This document shows positions 15,634 through 22,294 of a stretch of 22,294 bases of DNA, piece by piece (position 1 is the stretch's first letter; every line of letters starts with the position of its first letter). Source of the stretch: a virus (lineage: Duplodnaviria; Heunggongvirae; Uroviricota; Caudoviricetes); IMG/VR virus record IMGVR_UViG_3300037333_000017, positions 1 through 22,294 of that record; one strand, written 5' to 3'. The position numbers and the translations under genes were made by a program. The notes beneath the pieces were generated by a model. The model had not been told where the DNA came from. It worked only from the letters and a program-made list of their open reading frames with translations, and searched no databases.

Positions 15634-16011
15634 CTATTTGTATAGTCTGATATTTTTATTAAACATCTCAATTTTATTACTGACGACAGAGACGGAACGG
15701 TCTAATGTGTAACCATCTCCCGTCTCTATAAGTATACCTACTGAATAAAAACTATTATCCTCCGTCGTTAGATTAACAGTAACTGTAACGTCTGTGAAGT
15801 AGTTAGAATATAGCTCTACGAGCTCTCTCTTTATCGCCATACCTAAGTCTTCGTCCGTAGGTTCATGTATAGACATAAGATAGTCAAGACTAGCTACGTT
15901 CTTAAAGAAATGACTTTGGCTCTTCCTAGACGCCAAGAAATATTCATATAGTTTTGTCATTATAGATAGCTTATCGTCTATAGAACCCGCTATTGTCAGT
16001 GTCGGTAACAT
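15634..16011 (-). CDS. Conserved phiKZ-like protein (gp62-like; possible T4 gp25-like baseplate fold)
   Basis: 125 aa, RBS AAGGAG. LPTL...G, YFLAS..SQS, SL.YL and L...Y..YF..V.VTV motifs; synteny. Confidence 0.6.
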   Translation of the reverse strand: MLPTLTIAGSIDDKLSIMTKLYEYFLASRKSQSHFFKNVASLDYLMSIHEPTDEDLGMAIKRELVELYSNYFTDVTVTVNLTTEDNSFYSVGILIETGDGYTLDRSVSVVSNKIEMFNKNIRLYK

Positions 16012-16084
16012 ATTGCTCCTTTACGTGTACTCAACAAAACTATTCTTTACGACTAAAAGTATTATTGAATAAGGAAGGTAACAC

Positions 16085-17167
16085 GTGAAGAAAGTAAGAA
16101 TATTTAACATAACAGACATACATTTAGGACATAATAATACCCCTACTAAAACAATAGTTAATAATATCTATACGTACTTTAAAGATAACGTTAAGTTTTT
16201 ACTCAGTGCTGACATAGTAACAATATCCGGAGATTACTTCCATAAGCTACTATCGAGTGTATCTGACGATTACAAATTAGGGATCGAGTGTTTATTGTTT
16301 ATAGCTAAGTTTTGCGATAAGCACGGAATAATACTTAGAGTACTAGAAGGAACACCATCGCACGATGTGAATCAGTTGGCAACATTTAGTAAGACACTGG
16401 AAGCATTTCAGATAACGTTAGACTTTAAGTATATCGACATTCTAACCGTAGAGTATATGGAAGCATTCGACATGCACATACTTTATGTTCCTGACGAGGT
16501 ATCCACAAATGCGGTTGAGACGCAGGATAAGATACGTGATATGATGGGCAATATGAGCCTAACGAAAGTTGACCATATTGTTATGCATGGTCAATTCCAT
16601 TATCACCTACCTATATTTTCTCAACACAGTTTTGATGAGGATTTCTTTTTAGGTATAACGGATAACTATATTGTTAATGGACATATACACATATTTAGCA
16701 CATTTAATAGGATTATTACGCCAGGCAGCTTCGATAGGCTAACACATAACGAAGAGGGTAAGAAGGGAGGCATCTTTATTTCTTACGACGGATACGGAGG
16801 AAAGGAATATATATTTATAGAGAACAAACACGCTATGTCATATGTGACGCTTAGATACAAGCATACTGAACCAGATATTATAGTAAAGGACATAATGAGC
16901 TTAAGGTTGCGTGACGGTTCACACGTAAGGGTACTGACTGAAGCTACGTCAGATAGATCAATTCGTTCAACGCTTAAGACCATGTTTCCAAACTATACAA
17001 TTAAGGTAGAGACAAGAAAGGCAGAAGAGGAGACGTCATTGACAGATACGTTAACCCTAACGTTTAAAGAGTTACATATAACAAGAGACAACATAATGTC
17101 ATTAGTTAAGAGCAGATTAGGTGATAAATTCGAGACCGTTGAGGCGGACTTATGTAAATTCATATAG
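16085..17167 (+). CDS. sbcD: SbcD/Mre11-family metallophosphoesterase nuclease (phiKZ gp65-like)
   Basis: GTG start after AAGGAAGG. All five motifs are visible: DIHLGH, SGDYFH, EGTPSHD (variant of GNHD), MHGQFH and NGHIH, followed by PGSFDRL. Confidence 0.92.
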   Translation: MKKVRIFNITDIHLGHNNTPTKTIVNNIYTYFKDNVKFLLSADIVTISGDYFHKLLSSVSDDYKLGIECLLFIAKFCDKHGIILRVLEGTPSHDVNQLATFSKTLEAFQITLDFKYIDILTVEYMEAFDMHILYVPDEVSTNAVETQDKIRDMMGNMSLTKVDHIVMHGQFHYHLPIFSQHSFDEDFFLGITDNYIVNGHIHIFSTFNRIITPGSFDRLTHNEEGKKGGIFISYDGYGGKEYIFIENKHAMSYVTLRYKHTEPDIIVKDIMSLRLRDGSHVRVLTEATSDRSIRSTLKTMFPNYTIKVETRKAEEETSLTDTLTLTFKELHITRDNIMSLVKSRLGDKFETVEADLCKFI

Positions 17168-17175
17168 GAGACAAG

Positions 17176-18045
17176 ATGATAAAAGAGTTACTGGATGAGA
17201 GGACAACGGGTTCTTACGGACTATCTGTGGGGACCTCTATTGTTATGGAAACGCTATTTGGGTCAGACCATTTGGTTTATAAGAAAGACAGGGTAATAGA
17301 GCGTATGGACTATAGGCCATACAGTTATATGTATATAAACCTATATACTATCGTTAGAAACATATTATCGTCCGCTGACAAAACGACAGCGGACCTAATA
17401 AACAAGTCCTCTTATAGAACTATACTAGAGGTTATATATACAGAAGTAGAAATAATAGAGTCTCTATTGCACGGTTCTGGTGTAGAGCCCGTATGGTATA
17501 TGTTCGATTACTCTAAGGGTCTGATAGAGATAAAGAATGTATCTACAAAGGCGTCAAAACTATTTCTACTAACGAAAGATGTGCTAGAATACGATAAGGA
17601 TGAATTTAGCGCTATATGTACAAATTACATACGAGGCGGTATTAAGTTAACAGACTGTAAAGATAAACGCGTAATAATGAACACACACATAACGCAGGAC
17701 CTGTTAAACCATAAATATACGAATACTCTTGTTAACGTAGAATCTGTAACAGGCGCGGTTATCACAAAGATGAATTTCAATAAGAAATATCCAAAATCTG
17801 CAGCATACGGCAAAAAGAGACTTCCGTTTAATGAAGTAATATTACGGATGGTTGGAGATGGTCTACTTATACGTCAAGCGTTTAAGACAAAAGAGTTCGA
17901 TTCCAGAAAGATTGTCGGTAGATTAGCAGATGAGTTTAACTGGACGCCCTTAACTAGTGAGGATACGGTTATAAGAAATATACGGTCTGACGCTGATGGT
18001 AGAGATATGTACAACGCGGTGAAATTGAAACTTATCTACAAATAA
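17176..18045 (+). CDS. Conserved phiKZ-like protein (gp66-like; possible PIN/5'-nuclease-like fold)
   Basis: 289 aa, RBS AGGAG. R..G.YGLSVGT...E, YINLYTIVRN, DLL....VES.TG and LPFN....VGDG motifs; follows SbcD as I recall for phiKZ gp66. Confidence 0.55.
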   Translation: MIKELLDERTTGSYGLSVGTSIVMETLFGSDHLVYKKDRVIERMDYRPYSYMYINLYTIVRNILSSADKTTADLINKSSYRTILEVIYTEVEIIESLLHGSGVEPVWYMFDYSKGLIEIKNVSTKASKLFLLTKDVLEYDKDEFSAICTNYIRGGIKLTDCKDKRVIMNTHITQDLLNHKYTNTLVNVESVTGAVITKMNFNKKYPKSAAYGKKRLPFNEVILRMVGDGLLIRQAFKTKEFDSRKIVGRLADEFNWTPLTSEDTVIRNIRSDADGRDMYNAVKLKLIYK

Positions 18046-18053
18046 GAATGAAG

Positions 18054-18065
18054 ATATATTATATA
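18054..18065 (+). promoter_or_regulatory. Candidate phage promoter motif ATATATTATATA
   Basis: Identical to 14402-14413; 38 nt upstream of the gp68-like start codon. Confidence 0.45.
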
Positions 18066-18103
18066 CATGAGAGTTCTACTCTAAAAAAAACAAAGGAGCT
18101 ATA

Positions 18104-19645
18104 ATGCAGATGAGGTATAAAAACGCCTTAGATACTAGACCACTACAACTAGTGGTAGAGCAGGGCGACGAGAGCCTAACGTTCACTATGACGTCAACAC
18201 TAGATAAGAGCAAAAAGTACGACTTAGGTAGCGAGGAACAATTCGCTATGACAACGGCGTACATAAATTCGAAGGGTGAAAAGTACCAAGAAGAGCTCTT
18301 CGAGATGTTTAAAGAACTATACGACATAACTACGGAACTATATGAGGACGTAACGTACTTATTTAAAAATAAGATAAATGAGGTAATAAATCATTTTGAT
18401 TATGACGATATGCGTATGTTTACAGAAGAATATCCGGTGAAACCCCCTACGTCACTCATAGAAGAGTTCGATTCCGTTAAAGAAGAGGATAACATAGGCA
18501 CGAGAATACAGACTTACACTAGAAGCCAGTATCTTGACCTATGTGCGTTAACCATCCTCTTTAAGGTGTGTGTAGGTCCTATAGGTAGTTTTTACATAAA
18601 CAACCCCAGTGTTGTTCTTAAAACGGCCAAGGAGCACTCGCTGGTAATGTTGTTGTTATCCAGAGACAGTTGGTTAAGAGATCACCATACGACAAAAAAG
18701 CTTCTAGGTAGCTTCGAAGCTATCGTTGAGAATAGCATACGCTCTACTAAGGACAAGGCGATAATCCTATCTAAGGGAATATCCAAGGATGAGTTAGGTA
18801 TCTATATGTTAGGGCTCGTTTACATAAAACTCATACCTGTTTCTATAGTTACTCGTGACACAAACTCAGCGAACCTAATAACCTTTATATATAGCTCTAC
18901 TATAAAGAATATAAAGGCTAAGCAAAACGTCATGGAGAAGGCTCCGTTACCGGACGACTCTAGTCTACCGGAGTCAGCTATGGAGATTCTGCGCATGACA
19001 TCAGACGAGATGGTAGGACACGTCGAAGAGTTTAAGCTGTGGGTATCTGACCCATTATACATCTTCAGGACATACGGGTTAGAAGATACAGATAACGTCT
19101 ATGATAAGGTAAGCGCGGTTGTAGACAAGATTATCGACGCTAAACAAATAGACCACAATATGGTAATGATTTGCGGGTGGGTTTTATCTATAACGCCTAT
19201 AAAAGATGATAGATCAATCGGTTTCATACGCCCAGAAGCGTTAAAACATTTTGGACTACCAGAAATAGGCAGCGTTATGAAGGCTGTATATATGGTTCTA
19301 TACTATATAGATTTTAAAGATATAGCCGAGTTAGTGATATCTACAAAACTAGAGACACAAATAACAAGACCAAACGAAGGGAGGGCACATGTAACAAAAG
19401 AGACGAAGGCTAAGTTAGAAGAGTACTATAGTCTAAACACAACGGTAGAACACTCGGTGAGTAATTTGCTCGTAAAGAGCATAAATGAGTTATCGAACGC
19501 GATAGCGTCAGAAGATTATAGGACCGCGTTGCCGGAAGAGATCAGGTGGAGCTCGTCTGAACTTATAGAGTATAAGACAGACCTAAGAGAGAGATTAGCT
19601 AGAATGTTATTAGCGTTATTTAAAATAGGGGAAAAACATGTTTAA
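18104..19645 (+). CDS. Non-virion RNA polymerase promoter-specificity subunit, phiKZ gp68-like
   Basis: 513 aa (similar in size to gp68), RBS AAGGAG. VKPPTSL.EEF...EEDNIGTR.QTY.R..Y.DL.AL.I..K...GPIG motif recalled from this family; directly upstream of the gp69-like gene. Confidence 0.75.
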   Translation: MQMRYKNALDTRPLQLVVEQGDESLTFTMTSTLDKSKKYDLGSEEQFAMTTAYINSKGEKYQEELFEMFKELYDITTELYEDVTYLFKNKINEVINHFDYDDMRMFTEEYPVKPPTSLIEEFDSVKEEDNIGTRIQTYTRSQYLDLCALTILFKVCVGPIGSFYINNPSVVLKTAKEHSLVMLLLSRDSWLRDHHTTKKLLGSFEAIVENSIRSTKDKAIILSKGISKDELGIYMLGLVYIKLIPVSIVTRDTNSANLITFIYSSTIKNIKAKQNVMEKAPLPDDSSLPESAMEILRMTSDEMVGHVEEFKLWVSDPLYIFRTYGLEDTDNVYDKVSAVVDKIIDAKQIDHNMVMICGWVLSITPIKDDRSIGFIRPEALKHFGLPEIGSVMKAVYMVLYYIDFKDIAELVISTKLETQITRPNEGRAHVTKETKAKLEEYYSLNTTVEHSVSNLLVKSINELSNAIASEDYRTALPEEIRWSSSELIEYKTDLRERLARMLLALFKIGEKHV

Positions 19646-21092
19646 TGATTTTGATTTAGAATACACCATAGCGAGCCTTAAACTAATACCGGTTGTACAT
19701 AAACACGGTATGGTACAAAGAAGGAATAGACTAAGAGCTGACGGTAGCGATATAACTACGTTACAAAATATGGTAGATGAGGGAGGCGTGCATACCGGTA
19801 AACTAACCAGGAAACTTCCTAATATTTACACTATGGGTCTTGAGGCAGACATCGGAAGAATCGGAATCGAAGGAGGTTGGGGCAGCGAACGTTTCGCTTT
19901 CGTGCTAGAGCTAAGGGTAGAAGAGCTCGACCATCAGACGGGTGAGGTCATAAACACATTTGTAGAGTTCATTCAAGGTTACACGAACTACGACGGTGCC
20001 GACAAGATTAGAGACGATGTTGAAATCGATAGAGATATGATATTCACAATAAACTCTATCGCGACAGCAAAGTTAGTGAATAGTAGACGTACCGGAGTAA
20101 AAGCGCTGGTACCTAAAGATGCATACAACGTTATGTGCGACCCAAACGGCTCAGCAAAATTAGTGCACGACGAGAACCTGTTCAAGATTTTGAGACCTAC
20201 CGACATCGTAGGAACACTCGCGACGGAAGAGACATTTGGAGATGACATACCTATAACGTCGTTATCAAATACGGTGACATCAAACCTCATCGTACCGTCA
20301 GACATTCAGAACAAGATAGGAAGTAGGAAACTATCTACGATTCTCAATGCCGGTATCGCTGTTTCAGCTAAGACTAGAGGCACTGGACGACATAAATATC
20401 TAGATAGGATAACTGAACTATCCGGAGACGTAGGTGATGCGGACTACTCCGACTCATACTTTATGAATAAGCTATTCGATCACCGTAGTAGATACACAGT
20501 AGAGTTTACTGCAGATGACCTAGCAGATATCGACAGTGAATATTTAGACGATACAGACATGCCAGATGTGAGCGTATCTGACGTTACATTAAAAGCTGAG
20601 GACGCTAGGAAGAACGGTGTGCTATACTCAGATATGGACCTTGAAGACATAAAGAAACCTATCGAAGAGGCCAGAATAGCATCTATAGTAGCGGAAGAAC
20701 TCAGCGCAATTATTTTTGACAGAAGAGTTAATATGTGTTCGTTTACTATATCGACAACGGCAGGTTCTAGAAGACCCGTCTTTCACTGGGTCTTACTCGA
20801 GAGTCTGATTAGTATCGTTGACATAGCGAGCGCTGGTATCGCGATAGAAGACGAGTTCAAACAGTACGTACTACCAAAGATAACAGATGGCGGTAGACAG
20901 TCTGTAGAGTTACTAGTACACATAGACACACTTTCGATAAGTCGCGTAGCTATTTCCATAGACGGTGATTACTTCGCTACATTCGAACTACCTATTTACG
21001 CTAACTCATTATTCGATGGGAACATCGTTAACGAGTCTAAGGTAGAGTCTGAGTTATCCTCATGGGAAACTCTAATAGATTTAACAATTTAA
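19638..21092 (+). CDS. picA: Phage-nucleus protein import factor PicA/Imp1 (phiKZ gp69-like)
   Basis: 484 aa. I.IEGGW..ERFAF.LE, IQGYTNYDG, ID.DM.F.INSI and RP.DI motifs recalled from gp69 homologs; canonical position between the gp68-like and gp70-like genes. Confidence 0.72.
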   Translation: MFNDFDLEYTIASLKLIPVVHKHGMVQRRNRLRADGSDITTLQNMVDEGGVHTGKLTRKLPNIYTMGLEADIGRIGIEGGWGSERFAFVLELRVEELDHQTGEVINTFVEFIQGYTNYDGADKIRDDVEIDRDMIFTINSIATAKLVNSRRTGVKALVPKDAYNVMCDPNGSAKLVHDENLFKILRPTDIVGTLATEETFGDDIPITSLSNTVTSNLIVPSDIQNKIGSRKLSTILNAGIAVSAKTRGTGRHKYLDRITELSGDVGDADYSDSYFMNKLFDHRSRYTVEFTADDLADIDSEYLDDTDMPDVSVSDVTLKAEDARKNGVLYSDMDLEDIKKPIEEARIASIVAEELSAIIFDRRVNMCSFTISTTAGSRRPVFHWVLLESLISIVDIASAGIAIEDEFKQYVLPKITDGGRQSVELLVHIDTLSISRVAISIDGDYFATFELPIYANSLFDGNIVNESKVESELSSWETLIDLTI

Positions 21093-21107
21093 AAAAAAAG
21101 GATTTAA

Positions 21108-22294
21108 ATGGACGTCATTAAACTATATAAGGATATCCTAGCTAGTTTCGGTTTGGACGCTAGTACAGGATTTGTAAAACGCGGAGGAGACGATGTACTA
21201 ATCAAAGGTAAGAAACTAGCGCTCCCAACGAAGGAGGTCGTAGAAGACCTCTACTTCCTTAACGGGAATGACGAGTACGAAGAGAGATACCATATCTTCA
21301 ATCCTATATACGAAAACCTCGTAGGTAAGGATAGTGTAGCTACGATGTATCTTAAGAAGTACATTGAACATCGCACAAACTTTATGTTCCATACAGTAGG
21401 TAAACTCCTTCTAGAGTTATACGTAAGGAACCCGAAAGACATCGGGAGTAGACTAAGAGATTTCATGATACTTATGGAGTCTGCTAAGTCTGGTAAGGTA
21501 AAGAAGGTCGTAGATGATGCTGTCCTAAAAGAATGGAAGAAGATTGGTAACGAACTCTTCAAAGACAAGAAGTATAAGCTTATCAGTATGTACCTACAGA
21601 AGAGTGTCGTCAAAGAGGGGGAGAAATTTTATAGGGGAATGGTTATTGATTCTCCTATTATGGAGGCTATAAAAGAAGGAGAGCTAGACTTTGGTAGTAA
21701 ACCAAATAACGTGATCAAAATACTTGTTACGTTTATGACAGGATTGATCGATAAAGATAACGATAGTACTATCGCGATATCATCGGATCAGTCTAGTCCT
21801 ACATTTATGGTTCTACTTAAAACATGGCATCGTGTAAGTACGGAATTCAACAAACTTCTCAAACAGTTAAGTATCATAGATGATGAGGTCTGTAAATCGT
21901 TAGAGGTTACTCTAAAGTATGATTTAACATCTATGGCGCTTTCAGATTATGCGGACGAAGCTAAAAGACTACCGTACGAATCTAGTGACGGAGTTATTGT
22001 TGAGAAAGAAGAGAAGAAGGAACGTTCTGAACCTACTAGAAGCAGGAGGAGAAGCGATCTTTACGAAGGCGAAGAGGAAGACGATGCTGATAGCGTAGAT
22101 GATGTTCTAGATTTCATCGCGCAAAAAGGTAGCTCTGGAGATATCGAGGCAGACATCGAGGAGGCATATGAACCGGTACGAAACTCACGAAGGAGAACTG
22201 GCACAAAGGTAAGACCAGAGCGGAAGTCGCTTAGCTCTGGAACGCGTTCCAGAAAAGGTAGACGCAGAGGAAGAAGTATTAGGGAAGAAGACGA
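21108..22294 (+). CDS. phiKZ gp70-like conserved protein; truncated at the right edge
   Basis: Not in the ORF track (no stop in window). ATG at 21108 after AAGGA. Manual translation gives MDVIKLYKDILASFGLD...IKGKKLALPTKEVVEDL...IFNPIYENLVGKDS, open for about 395 codons, ending in acidic then Arg-rich low-complexity sequence. Confidence 0.75.
   Translation, partial: MDVIKLYKDILASFGLDASTGFVKRGGDDVLIKGKKLALPTKEVVEDLYFLNGNDEYEERYHIFNPIYENLVGKDSVATMYLKKYIEHRTNFMFHTVGKLLLELYVRNPKDIGSRLRDFMILMESAKSGKVKKVVDDAVLKEWKKIGNELFKDKKYKLISMYLQKSVVKEGEKFYRGMVIDSPIMEAIKEGELDFGSKPNNVIKILVTFMTGLIDKDNDSTIAISSDQSSPTFMVLLKTWHRVSTEFNKLLKQLSIIDDEVCKSLEVTLKYDLTSMALSDYADEAKRLPYESSDGVIVEKEEKKERSEPTRSRRRSDLYEGEEEDDADSVDDVLDFIAQKGSSGDIEADIEEAYEPVRNSRRRTGTKVRPERKSLSSGTRSRKGRRRGRSIREED

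Noticed and set aside
1404-21613. Other minus-strand ORFs in the track that overlap + strand genes (e.g. 1617-1916, 2199-2837, 3253-3681, 4098-4811, 10960-11535, 19988-20305, 21251-21613) and the + strand 15126-15497
   Set aside because: They are shadow frames fully overlapping better-supported genes, are Ser/Leu/Ile-rich as expected for antisense translation, and I saw no RBS support.
1-22294. tRNA, rRNA, introns, inteins, homing endonucleases
   Set aside because: I saw no cloverleaf or T-loop signature in the short intergenic gaps and no intein, HNH or GIY-YIG motifs. Core genes have expected sizes. A tRNAscan or Infernal run would be the formal check.

Overview
This 22.3 kb window is from an AT-rich jumbo phage of the phiKZ-like group (probably Chimalliviridae). 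The left half (1-10.2 kb) is a virion morphogenesis block resembling phiKZ gp87-gp101: baseplate wedge, tube/baseplate protein, head proteins, one acidic-propeptide inner-head protein and a baseplate hub. Three orphan genes follow (10.2-12.9 kb). The right half is the conserved block resembling phiKZ gp59-gp70: a gp59-like protein, two reverse-strand genes, an SbcD/Mre11 nuclease, a gp66-like protein, a gp68-like non-virion RNAP subunit, PicA/Imp1 and a gp70-like protein. All phiKZ gene-number assignments come from remembered motifs plus synteny, not from a database search. The most unusual feature is a GC-rich island at about 14.58-15.08 kb (60% GC counted over 14641-14820). It is an intact ORF with a strong RBS, yet it carries six perfect inverted repeats with 9-18 bp arms and is followed directly by a 38-bp loopless palindrome. 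Also notable are a 30-bp perfect palindrome between the RBS and start of the hub gene, a structured leader with a uORF before the gp59-like gene, apparent absence of chmC from its usual slot, and two candidate phage promoter motifs.
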